Assembly: GCA_963806225.1 (NCBI GenBank)
Contig: CAWDXG010000004.1
Location: forward strand, 5,408,001-5,472,000
Length of the DNA stretch: 64,000 nt
Direction of reading: 5' to 3'
Source of the DNA: an uncultured delta proteobacterium
GTDB taxonomy: Bacteria; Myxococcota_A; Polyangia; Polyangiales; Polyangiaceae
The stretch's first letter is position 1. The number at the start of each line of letters is the position of its first letter. Below, piece after piece: positions 27,561-36,746 of the stretch. Both the position numbers and the translations under genes were made by a program. The notes beneath the pieces are model-generated. The model did no database searches and was not told the origin of the DNA. It worked only from the letters and a program-made list of their open reading frames with translations.

Positions 27561-28922
27561 CTAACCGTGGACCGCTTCGCGGAGTGCCAGAGCGGCGCTT
27601 GCGAGCAGCGCTTCGGCGATGTTCAGCGGCGGCGTGAGCACCACGACTTCGCGGTTGCCCCCGCCGCTGGACGCGATGTAGCCGCACTCCAGCAGTGCGC
27701 GCATCAGCCGGGGCGCGCCGCCCGCCCGGCTCTGGACGTCGATGCCGATCATCATGCCCGCGCCGCGCACGGCGTCCACGCCGGGCAATCCGTGGAGCGC
27801 TTCGCGGAGCGCCGCGAGCCAGTCGGTTCCCACGCGGGCTGCGCGCTCGACGAGGTGCTCGCGTGAGATCACGTCGAGCGTCGCGATCGCGGCGCAGCAG
27901 GCGAGCGGCGCTCCAGCGAAGGTGGAGGTGTGCACGACCTCGGGCTCGCGGCGCCACGCCTGCATCACGGCTTCGCTGCCGAGGCACGCGCTGATCGGAA
28001 GCCCGCCGCCGAGCCCCTTGCCGAGGCAGATCAAGTCCGGGTGCACACCCTGGGCGACGGAGTAGAGCAGATGGCCGGTGCGTCCGAGGCCGCTCCATAT
28101 CTCGTCGGCGATGAAGAGCGCGCCCGCGGCTCGCGCAATCGCCGAGAGCTCCCTCAGGAAATCCGGCGGCGGCGGCAAGCACCCGCCGCGCCCCAGCACC
28201 GGCTCGATCAGGACGGCGCCCACGTCGCCGCGCGCGAGCTCGAAGCGCACCCGCTCGAGGGAGGCATCGGCTTCCGCCGTCGTGGACGGGTAGTCCACGA
28301 AGCGCACGGCCGGATTGAGCTGCGGCAAAAAAGGCTCGCGGTAGCCCGCCCTCAGGGCGGTGGTGGCAAGCGGCCCGTACGAAAGCCCGTGGTAGCTGCC
28401 CGAGAAGGCGACGACGCCGGGCTTGCCGGTCGCCAGCATCGCGGTCTTGAGTGCGGCGCTGACCGCGTCGGCGCCGGACTGGCCGAGGATCACGCGGGCG
28501 CCTGGCTCGGGGAAGAGCGCGACCAGGCGGTCCGACAGCGCGATTTTCGGCTCCGACGGGTACACGTCGCCGAGCGCCTGCAGCAGCCGCGGCGCCTGCA
28601 GCTCCAGCACCTTGAGGATGCGGGGATGCGCGTGCCCGAGCAGCAGCGCGCCGAAGCCGGCAGCGAGGTCGACGTAGCGATTGCCGTCAACGTCGATCAC
28701 GTTGGAACCCTTGCCGGTCGCGTAGACGATGCTGCCGGCGGGCACGTCGGCCCGGACGACCTTGCTCAGGCCGCGCGCCGCCGCGGGCCCCATCGGCGCG
28801 CTCGCGCGCGCGGCGCGCGTGAGCCAGGTGCGCGACTGCGGTCCCGGCGGCTTGACGCGGATCGTCGGTTCGTCATTGCCCGGATCGACCTCGGGCGGCG
28901 GAGGGATCTCGCTGAAGCTCAT
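27561..28922 (-). CDS. Class III PLP-dependent aminotransferase (ArgD/GabT-like)
   Basis: DVDGNRYVD, GSYHG, IEPVLGRGG, DEIWSGLGRTG and LGKGLGGG (PLP Lys). Confidence 0.88.
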   Translation of the reverse strand: MSFSEIPPPPEVDPGNDEPTIRVKPPGPQSRTWLTRAARASAPMGPAAARGLSKVVRADVPAGSIVYATGKGSNVIDVDGNRYVDLAAGFGALLLGHAHPRILKVLELQAPRLLQALGDVYPSEPKIALSDRLVALFPEPGARVILGQSGADAVSAALKTAMLATGKPGVVAFSGSYHGLSYGPLATTALRAGYREPFLPQLNPAVRFVDYPSTTAEADASLERVRFELARGDVGAVLIEPVLGRGGCLPPPPDFLRELSAIARAAGALFIADEIWSGLGRTGHLLYSVAQGVHPDLICLGKGLGGGLPISACLGSEAVMQAWRREPEVVHTSTFAGAPLACCAAIATLDVISREHLVERAARVGTDWLAALREALHGLPGVDAVRGAGMMIGIDVQSRAGGAPRLMRALLECGYIASSGGGNREVVVLTPPLNIAEALLASAALALREAVHG

Positions 28923-28955
28923 CGGTGCAACGCGCCGGCGGCGCGCAGAGGCGGA

Positions 28956-29852
28956 TCAGGAGCAGACCCGGTTCCGCCCGCCGCGCTTGGCCTCGTACAG
29001 CTTCTCGTCGGCTCGCTGGATCAAGTCCGTGGCCGTCTTGTCATCGGGGCTGAGCAGCGCACAGCCGATGCTGATGGTGACCGGGATGCGCTCGTTCTGG
29101 AACACGAAGCTGTTCTCGGCGCAGCGCGAGCGCAGGTTCTCGGCGAGCGCCGTGGCGCCTTCGAGCGGCGTTTCCGGCAGCACAATCACGAATTCCTCGC
29201 CGCCGTAGCGGGCGAATACCTCGTCGCGGCGGATGCGGCCCTGCACCACCTTGGCCAGTTCGCGCAGCACGTAGTCGCCCGCGAGATGGCCGTACTGGTC
29301 GTTGATGCGTTTGAAGAAGTCGATGTCGAACATCACCACGCTGAGCTCGCGCTCGTGGCGGCGCGCGCGGATGACCTCGCGCTCGAGCGCTTCGTACAGG
29401 TAGCGCTTGTTGTGGATCTGCGTCAGACCATCGACGATGGTCATGCGGTAGATCTCCTCGTGGTACTTCGCCTCGGCGTCGGCACCGGAGAGGAACTTGA
29501 GGATGGTCGGTCCGACCTTGATGCGATCGCTGTTGTTGAGCAGCTGTTCGTGCGGGATCTGCTCTTCGTTGACGTAGGTGCCGTTGGTGGAACCGTCGTC
29601 GACCACGTGCCAGACGGCGCCGCGCCGCTCGAGGTGGGCGTGGCGCCGCGACACCGAGTCGCCTTCAAGCACGATGTAGTTGTCCGCTCCCCGCCCGATC
29701 CGTACCGGATTGCGGTCGAGCACGAAGCGCTTGCCGAGCAGCCCCGGCTCCTTGGTGTAGATGACGACTACGCAGTCGTTGCCGCCGCCGCCGTCGTCCG
29801 GGGGACGCTGCACGACCTGGGTGACCCGCGTCTTCTCGTCGAACTCGCTCAC
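28956..29852 (-). CDS. FHA-GGDEF diguanylate cyclase
   Basis: FHA: IGR, SRRHA, STNGT. Cyclase: DGLT..N, DIDFFK.IND..GH..GD, RRDEVFARYGGEEF. Confidence 0.92.
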   Translation of the reverse strand: MSEFDEKTRVTQVVQRPPDDGGGGNDCVVVIYTKEPGLLGKRFVLDRNPVRIGRGADNYIVLEGDSVSRRHAHLERRGAVWHVVDDGSTNGTYVNEEQIPHEQLLNNSDRIKVGPTILKFLSGADAEAKYHEEIYRMTIVDGLTQIHNKRYLYEALEREVIRARRHERELSVVMFDIDFFKRINDQYGHLAGDYVLRELAKVVQGRIRRDEVFARYGGEEFVIVLPETPLEGATALAENLRSRCAENSFVFQNERIPVTISIGCALLSPDDKTATDLIQRADEKLYEAKRGGRNRVCS

Positions 29853-30183
29853 GGGTGGGCAGCCTCCCCGTTGGGCAGGTCGGGCAGGCGCCGGGCGGCG
29901 TACCTCACTGATGCGCCTGGCGGCACACCTGGGCACGTGGCCGGCGTTCGACCGCGTTCAGCGGGTTCCCATGCTGGTCGCATGCAGTCTTTCAAGTGAC
30001 CACGCTAGCTCTGCCCTATTTCTCGCGTCAAGCGGGCGTCTGGCGCCGGCCTCCAGCCTGTAGTCTGGCCGCTCCGGACGGGTCGAGCCAGCGAGAGCGT
30101 GCCACCCAGCGGTGTCGGCCGGCCTCCGGGCCTGTCACCTGGGGCTGGACCCAGCCGGGACCAGTGTCGATGCTGGCCGGGTC

Positions 30184-30690
30184 ATGGTCACGATCGAGCA
30201 CGGCTGCGTGGAAGTCTATACGTACAAGGAAGGGCTCCTGGGCCGCGCCGCGCACGATCTCCGGATAACGGTGGACGGCTTCCGCATCGAGGGCACCCCG
30301 GAGCACCTCGAGGCCAGCTTCGACATCCGGAGCTTCCGCGTCGACGGCGCGATGCGGGATGGGCGGCTCGACGAGCGCGCGCTCGGCGAACGCGACAGGC
30401 GCGACATCCTCGACAACATCTGGAACAAGATCCTGCACGCCGATCGCCCGCTGCGTTTCGAGGGCAAGGCCGAGCTCGAGGGCGGCGGCTACCGCGTCGC
30501 GGGTGAGCTGGAGATGGCGGGGCAGCGCCGGCCGCTCGCGCTGTTGCTGGGGCTGTCGCGGGATCGCCTACACGGCGAAGTGGAGCTCACGCCGTCGCGC
30601 TGGGGCATCAAGCCGTTCAAGGCGTTGATGGGCGCGATCAAGCTGCAGGACCGCGTGCGCGTGCGCTTCGATCTTCCTGCGTCGGAATAG
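30184..30690 (+). CDS. YceI-like protein
   Basis: KEGLLGRAAHDL, GELE, SRWGIKPFKALMGAIKLQD. Confidence 0.7.
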   Translation: MVTIEHGCVEVYTYKEGLLGRAAHDLRITVDGFRIEGTPEHLEASFDIRSFRVDGAMRDGRLDERALGERDRRDILDNIWNKILHADRPLRFEGKAELEGGGYRVAGELEMAGQRRPLALLLGLSRDRLHGEVELTPSRWGIKPFKALMGAIKLQDRVRVRFDLPASE

Positions 30691-30781
30691 CGGCGAGGCC
30701 GCCGCGGGCAGAACAGAAGACCCGACACGCCGTCACGGACATGGCTGGACGAAGTCTACTGTATGTGCCACTCCGGGCTGC

Positions 30782-30991
30782 ATGGGACTGCGCCTGCTCG
30801 CCGCCGTGCTGGCCGTCGCGGCGATGGGCTGCCCGGGCTCGTCGTCTTCCGGACGCGGGGCGCCACCGGAGCACTGCACGAAGATGGGCGAGCGTTGCTC
30901 GCTCGGCAAGGGCGTGCTCGGCGTGTGCAGCGAGAGTCACTGTGCACCCGGTCAGCAGCCGCCCTGCATCCGCTGCACGGGCCAGCACTGA
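30782..30991 (+). CDS. Small Cys-rich lipoprotein (69 aa)
   Basis: Signal peptide with AMG-C lipobox; six further Cys; fills the intergenic gap. Confidence 0.65.
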   Translation: MGLRLLAAVLAVAAMGCPGSSSSGRGAPPEHCTKMGERCSLGKGVLGVCSESHCAPGQQPPCIRCTGQH

Positions 30992-31038
30992 CCGCAGCTT
31001 CACGCGCACCGGGCGGGCTCCTGGTTGCGGTTGGACCG

Positions 31039-32510
31039 CTATTCGGCGGCGGCCTGGTCCAGGCCGGACAGCAGCGGCGGAACCCAACCGCCGAGCGCCC
31101 GCTCGAGCTCCATCGCGACCGCGATCGTCACGTGGTCATTTCCGTGCCGCGAGATCACCTGTACGCCGAGGGGCAGCCCCGCGGCATTGAGCCCGAGCGG
31201 CACCTGCGTGGAGGGCAGCTCCAGCACGTTCATGATGCCGAGGTAGGCCCAGGGCATGTGCAGCCGGAGGGCCTGCTTCACCGGCTCGTTGTGCCGCGGC
31301 GCGGGCGAGCTGTGAGACGGGTAGAGCAACACGCCATCCGGGCCGAGCATCTCCACGATCTCCGTGCGCAGCTGGCGTCCGAGGTCGATCAGACGCCGGG
31401 CCATGCGCGGCGCCAGCTTGGGCAGTGGATCGATCAGCGCCAGCAGGCTGGCCATCAGCGTGTGGTCCGAAGCACGCACGCTCCACTTGGCGATCTCGAA
31501 GAGCGGCCGGATCGGCTTTCCCTCTCCCAGCAGCTCGCCGAAGGGCGTGCCGCGTGCGGCGCCCATCATCGCCGACCAGATGTCGAACTGCTTCTCGAGC
31601 GCCGCGAAGCGCACGCGGCTCACGCGCATGCCGCGCGCTTCAAGCGCCCGGACTGCGCGCTCCTGCGCCGCGCGGAGGTCGTCGCTCACGTCGATGGCGC
31701 CGTTGTCCTCGACGTGGAGCAGCGTGCGCCCCTCGAGCCGCACTTCCGCGGGGTCCCCGAGCGGAAATCTCCTTGCAGCCCTCGTCGATGCCGTCCGGGC
31801 CGGCGAGGATGCGGAGCAGCGGCATCAAATCCGCGGCCTTGCGCGTGAGGGGGCCCGTGGTGAGGTAGCGGAGCACCTCGTTCTCGGCCATCGGGTACTG
31901 CCCTGAACCGGGGACGAGCCCGCCTGTCGCCTTGTGACCGAACACGCCGTTGAAGAACGCCGGGCCGCGGATCGAACCGCCCACGTCCGAGCCCAGCCCG
32001 AACGGCGACGCGCCCGCGCCTACAATCGAATCCTTCGCCGCCCGAGCTGCCGCCGGCGATGCGCCCCTGGTCGTAGGGGTTGTTGGTACGGCCGTAGACG
32101 TAGTTGTTCGACTCCATCCACATGCACAGCTCGGACGTGTTCGTCACGCCGAGCGGAATGGCCCCGGCCTTGCGCAGCCGCGCGACGGCCGTCGCGTCGC
32201 TGTTCGAGACGACATGCCGCCGTCGCACGAGGCCCGCGGCGTTCGGCATGCCGGTGAGCGCGAACGACTCCTTGATCGTACAGGGGACGCCGTGCAGCGC
32301 TGGCAGCTCGCCGCCCCGCTGCACGAGCGCGTCGGCGGCGTCGGCTTCGGCGCGCGCTTCGGCGAAGCGATCGCGCACCACGGCGTTCAGCGCCGGATTC
32401 ACCCGTTCGATCTGCTCGATGTGCGCCTCGACCGCGTCGCGCGAGGAGAGCGCGCCCTCTCGGATCAACCGCGCGATCTCGATGGCGGAGAGCAGGCGGG
32501 TGTCGGGCAT
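31039..32510 (-). CDS. Amidase signature family enzyme (FAAH-like), two apparent +1 frameshifts (~32030, ~31766)
   Basis: GVPCTIKE (Lys), GGSSGGEG and GSDVGGSIR across three frames; removing one base at each site restores a continuous ORF. Confidence 0.82.
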
Positions 32511-32632
32511 GGCGGCAGAGGAACGTACCTGAACGGCGGCGGAGCGGCCAGCGACGGGGAAAAACGTCACCCCCGCGACGTGTGGGCGCACGGCTGTTCC
32601 GGTGCGGGCAGCGGCCTGGTACCCTCGGCGGC

Positions 32633-33136
32633 ATGACCTGGCGGATCTTGATCGGCGCCCTGATGGGCCTGGCTCTGGTGGGATGCGGCGGTAGCAGCAA
32701 CCCGCCGGCGCCCGCGGACTTTGCGGGCAACTACACCGTGGCCGTAACCAACGGCCAGAACGGCTGCGGCTTCACCAACTGGACAGTCGGTAGCTCGTCC
32801 AACGGCACGCCGGTCACCATCACGCAGAACGCCACCAGCGCGAGCGCGGACGTGGGCGGCGCGTCCGGCATCTACTACGACTTGATTCTGGGCAGCCACG
32901 TGTTCCAGGGCTCGGTGTCCGGAACGCAGATGTCGATGAGCATCCACGGGACGCGCACCGCCCACAAGGGCAACTGCGCCTACCAGGTCACTGCAGTCAT
33001 GGGCGGATCGCTCAGCGGCGATAGCATCTCCGGCACCATCAGCTACTCCACGACCACCAACGGCGGTACGGATTGCGGCACGCTGGCGAGTTGCGCCTCG
33101 ACACAGTCGTTCGCCGGCGCGCGCCCGCCGAAATAG
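32633..33136 (+). CDS. Hypothetical beta-rich lipoprotein
   Basis: LVG-C lipobox; Ser/Thr/Gly-rich beta strands with paired Cys. Confidence 0.75.
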   Translation: MTWRILIGALMGLALVGCGGSSNPPAPADFAGNYTVAVTNGQNGCGFTNWTVGSSSNGTPVTITQNATSASADVGGASGIYYDLILGSHVFQGSVSGTQMSMSIHGTRTAHKGNCAYQVTAVMGGSLSGDSISGTISYSTTTNGGTDCGTLASCASTQSFAGARPPK

Positions 33137-33162
33137 CGGCGCGAGCCTGTGCTCGCGGGGCG

Positions 33163-35040
33163 CTACTGCTCGAGCGGCACTTCCAGCCCGACGCTGCGCA
33201 TCAGCCGGAGCGCGTTGCCAGCGGTGACCGGCCCCGGGCGCAGCTTGAAGTCGAAGCTCATCTTGCCGTCCTGCACGTTCTCGCGGAAGTGGACGAGCGT
33301 CACGTGCTGCATCATCTCGTCCGGTAGCTTCGCCAGGCCCATATCGTGGGTCGACACGGCGCCCATCGCGCCCCGCGACAGGAGCTCGGCGATCACCCAG
33401 CGCGCTCCGATCTGCCGCTCGCGCGAGTTGGTGCCGTGCAGGATCTCGTCGAGCAGGAACAGCACCGGCGACCCGCCCGAGGTGGCATCGAGCACCGCCT
33501 TGAGCTTGCTGAGCTCCGCGTAGAAGTGGCTGACACCGCTGCCGAGCGAGTCGGCGATGCGGATGCTGGTACAGACCGAGAAGCGTGCCAGGCGCAGCCG
33601 CGCCGCGCAGACCGGCGCTCCAGCGAGCGCCATCACCGTCGAAAGCCCCATCGAGCGGAGCAGCGTGCTCTTGCCCGACATGTTCGAGCCGGTGACGAGC
33701 AGCGCGGTGCCCGGCGCCGGAAGGCTCACGTAGTTGACAACGCGCAGCGGGTCGTCGATCAGCGGATGGCCGAGCCCCTCCGCCTCGAAGACGGCACCGT
33801 CCTCGACAATCTCGGCGAACGCATACTCCGGCTCGTCGTGGGAAAGCCCGGCCAGCGACGAGAGCGCCTCCACCTCGCCGAGCGCGCGGAACCAGCCGCG
33901 CGCCGCCTTGCCCGCGCGCTTCTGCCACTTTTCCAGCGCCAGCACGCAGTGTACGTCCCACATGAACAGGGCGTTGGCGACCGGGTGGATCAGTCCGTTG
34001 TGCCTGAGGTCGAACCAGCCGACCTTGGTGCGGAACTCCTTCATCGACTGCGACGGCCGCCGCTCTCCGGCCATCAGCTGCTTCTGCATGGAGGTGATCA
34101 GATTGGACGGAACGTCAATCTGCTCGATGAGCTCCAGCATCGCGCCGTAGCGGAGGAAGGCGCCCTCGGTCGACGAGACTGCGTTGAAGACCTCGAGGGC
34201 GGGCATGCGCGTGCGGAAGTTCAGTGCCATCTGCACCAGCAGCGGCGCCGCCCACACGAATGCCGGCAGGCCGAAGACCCACGCGCCGACGATCCCGGCC
34301 AGGGTCAGCGGCGGCAGCAGCCAGGCGAGCCCCACCAGGAGCGGCTGCTCCGCCAGTTGCGGATTGGACTCCGCCCACGAGAGCAGCGGCTCCGGATCGG
34401 GGGGCGCGCGCAGCGGGCGGCCCTTCCTCGGCTTGTCCTCGTCCTCGCTGTTGGCGTAGCCCGGCGGGACGGAGGGCTCGACCACGGCCAGAGCCAGCGC
34501 TTCCAGGCGCTGGCGCATGTCGAGCTCCGGCGCGAGCGCACGGGCTGCTTCCTGGCGCAGGCGGATCTCGGCGGGCTCGGCCGGCCCCCGGAGGTAGCGC
34601 GCCAGCGCCTGTTGTCCGAAGCGCGTGTGCGCGACCGAGAGGCGCTGGAACAGCGACGCCGGGCCATACACGTCCAGATCCTCGGCATAGGCGTGCTTGG
34701 CGTCGCGGAACCGCCGGCCATCCTCCGGCAGCTTCCGCCACTCGCCGGTTGCCCGCGCGAGCGCGTCGCGATTCACCCGCTCCCAGCGCCGCGTGTCGTC
34801 CTCCGCCTCGATCACGCGCGCGTGCCACGCGACCAGCAGCAGGAAGGCGACCGCGCCCGCGGCTGCAATGCCGCCGGCGAGCGCGTGCCGGCTGCCGAAG
34901 GCCGCGAACAGACCCGCGACGGCCGCGACGCCGAAGGCCAGCCCGCGCAGGTTCGAGACCAGCCGCGAGCGAGCGGCGAGCGCGCCGGCTTCCTTGCTGA
35001 AGCGCGCGGCGCGTGAGGAGTATTTCTCCGCGACGCTCAC
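33163..35040 (-). CDS. Membrane-anchored MutS-related ATPase (MutS domain V only)
   Basis: TGSNMSGKST Walker A, SHFYAEL, LLDEILHGTNS, STHD; N-terminal and central TM hairpins; no mismatch-binding domain seen. Confidence 0.85.
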   Translation of the reverse strand: MSVAEKYSSRAARFSKEAGALAARSRLVSNLRGLAFGVAAVAGLFAAFGSRHALAGGIAAAGAVAFLLLVAWHARVIEAEDDTRRWERVNRDALARATGEWRKLPEDGRRFRDAKHAYAEDLDVYGPASLFQRLSVAHTRFGQQALARYLRGPAEPAEIRLRQEAARALAPELDMRQRLEALALAVVEPSVPPGYANSEDEDKPRKGRPLRAPPDPEPLLSWAESNPQLAEQPLLVGLAWLLPPLTLAGIVGAWVFGLPAFVWAAPLLVQMALNFRTRMPALEVFNAVSSTEGAFLRYGAMLELIEQIDVPSNLITSMQKQLMAGERRPSQSMKEFRTKVGWFDLRHNGLIHPVANALFMWDVHCVLALEKWQKRAGKAARGWFRALGEVEALSSLAGLSHDEPEYAFAEIVEDGAVFEAEGLGHPLIDDPLRVVNYVSLPAPGTALLVTGSNMSGKSTLLRSMGLSTVMALAGAPVCAARLRLARFSVCTSIRIADSLGSGVSHFYAELSKLKAVLDATSGGSPVLFLLDEILHGTNSRERQIGARWVIAELLSRGAMGAVSTHDMGLAKLPDEMMQHVTLVHFRENVQDGKMSFDFKLRPGPVTAGNALRLMRSVGLEVPLEQ

Positions 35041-35041
35041 G

Positions 35042-36109
35042 CTAGCTGACCAGCTTGCTGACCACGCTGCCGATGCGGTCCAGCGCAACGACCTCGTCGA
35101 CCACGCCCATCTCGACGGCGGCGCGCGGCATGCCGTATACGGTGCACGTGCCGCGGTCCTGGGCGAGCGTACGGCCGCCCGCGGCCTTGACCGCGGCCAG
35201 GCCCGTGGCGCCGTCGCGGCCCATGCCCGTCAGCACCACACCGACCGTGCGCGCGCCGTAGGCCTGGGCTGCCGACTTGAGCGTCACGTCCGCAGCCGGG
35301 CGTACGCCGTGCTGCGGCGGCGCGTCGCTCAGCGCCAGGCGCCCGCTGCGCTCCACCAGCAGGTGCTTTCCGCCCGGCGCGACGAGAGCCAGGCCTGGCT
35401 CGAGCGCGTCGCCGGCCTGGGCCTCGCGCACCGGGTAGCCCACGCGCTCGGAAAGCTGATCGGCCAGCGCCGCCGTGAAACCGGCCGGCATGTGCTGCAC
35501 GACCAGGAGTGCGGCGTGCTCCGCCAGACGCAACGTGGGCAGCACGCGCACCAGCGCGCTCGGGCCGCCCGTGGAGCTGGCGACCACCACGACGCGCAGG
35601 CCGGGTGGCATGTGCCGGACGGCCGAGCGCGCCGCGCGCCGCGAGACTGGCGGCTCCGAGGCGGAGCGGGTGCTCGCCGGTCCGGCCGGCGGCGCGCTCA
35701 GAACCTTGGCGCCCGCCGCAGTGAGCAGCTTCTGGATCAGCTCGTCGCGCACGTCGGACATGTTCGCGCTGACCTCGCCGTCGGGCTTCTCCACGAAGTC
35801 GACGGCGCCGGCGGCCAGCGCGTCCACGGTCTCGGCCGCGCCGTCCCGCGTGTGCGCGCTCAGCATCACGATCGGAACTGGGCGCTCGGCGAGGATCCGC
35901 CGTGTCGCCTCGGCGCCGTTCAGCCCCGGCATGTTGAAGTCCATCGTAATGACGTCGGGGCGGAGCTCCGAGGCGAGCTTCACCGCCTCGAGGCCGTCTT
36001 TCGCCTGGCCGCACACCTCGAAGTGCCGGTCGGCGCTCAGGAGTCGCGCGACGGCTCCCCGCATGAAGGAGGAGTCGTCGACGACCAGGACCCGCAGCGG
36101 TGCGTTCAC
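35042..36109 (-). CDS. cheB: Chemotaxis protein-glutamate methylesterase
   Basis: REC domain plus ASSTGG, QHM, RPAAD and LTGMGRDG catalytic motifs. Confidence 0.92.
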   Translation of the reverse strand: MNAPLRVLVVDDSSFMRGAVARLLSADRHFEVCGQAKDGLEAVKLASELRPDVITMDFNMPGLNGAEATRRILAERPVPIVMLSAHTRDGAAETVDALAAGAVDFVEKPDGEVSANMSDVRDELIQKLLTAAGAKVLSAPPAGPASTRSASEPPVSRRAARSAVRHMPPGLRVVVVASSTGGPSALVRVLPTLRLAEHAALLVVQHMPAGFTAALADQLSERVGYPVREAQAGDALEPGLALVAPGGKHLLVERSGRLALSDAPPQHGVRPAADVTLKSAAQAYGARTVGVVLTGMGRDGATGLAAVKAAGGRTLAQDRGTCTVYGMPRAAVEMGVVDEVVALDRIGSVVSKLVS

Positions 36110-36744
36110 CGGCTCACTTTACTGAACTTGACGACCAGCGTCGCCCCCACCAGCGGCGCATCCGGAACGCCCACGCTGCGGCGGTCGACCACGTCCGCAA
36201 TGCAGTGGGCGGCCTTGGAGCTCACTCCGTGGCGTTTCTTCACCGAAACGCCCTCCGCACGCCCGCGCGAGCCGCGCACCAGGAAACGCACGTCCACCTG
36301 GCCGTGGTCTCCGGAAAGGCCGCCGTTGTCCTTCACACATTCCTCGAAGCGCTGGTGCGCCGCGCGCAGCTTGCGCTCCGCCTTGGGCAGCGCGCCCTGG
36401 TCCACGATGACCGGCCCCACCTCCACCTTGATGTGCTGTTCGGTGGGCACGGGCGGCTGCGCGTCGGGCGCGCCGGCATCGGGCGGCTGCGGCGCGCTGG
36501 GCGCGCTCGACGGCGCGGACTTCGCCTCCGGCTTGCTGTGCGACAGGAGCTGGCTCGCCTCGTCCTTGGTGATGCAGCGCACCAGCATGCCGTGGCCGTT
36601 GGCGATGCGGCCCCAGGCGCAGGCGGGGTCGTAGGGATAGCGGGCCGCGTCGGCCGGGTTGTCGGCCCGGGCGCCGCCCGCCGCCACGACGCTCAGTGCC
36701 AGCGCCAGCGCAGCGCCGACGATCTTCTTTCTGTTCGAACGCAT
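36106..36744 (-). CDS. Exported hypothetical protein with TonB-C/AgmX-like C-terminal domain
   Basis: Signal peptide; Pro-rich linker; FEECV...GQVDVRFLV...GRAEGV...AHCIADVV pattern (inference). Confidence 0.55.
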   Translation of the reverse strand: MRSNRKKIVGAALALALSVVAAGGARADNPADAARYPYDPACAWGRIANGHGMLVRCITKDEASQLLSHSKPEAKSAPSSAPSAPQPPDAGAPDAQPPVPTEQHIKVEVGPVIVDQGALPKAERKLRAAHQRFEECVKDNGGLSGDHGQVDVRFLVRGSRGRAEGVSVKKRHGVSSKAAHCIADVVDRRSVGVPDAPLVGATLVVKFSKVSR

Positions 36745-36746
36745 GG

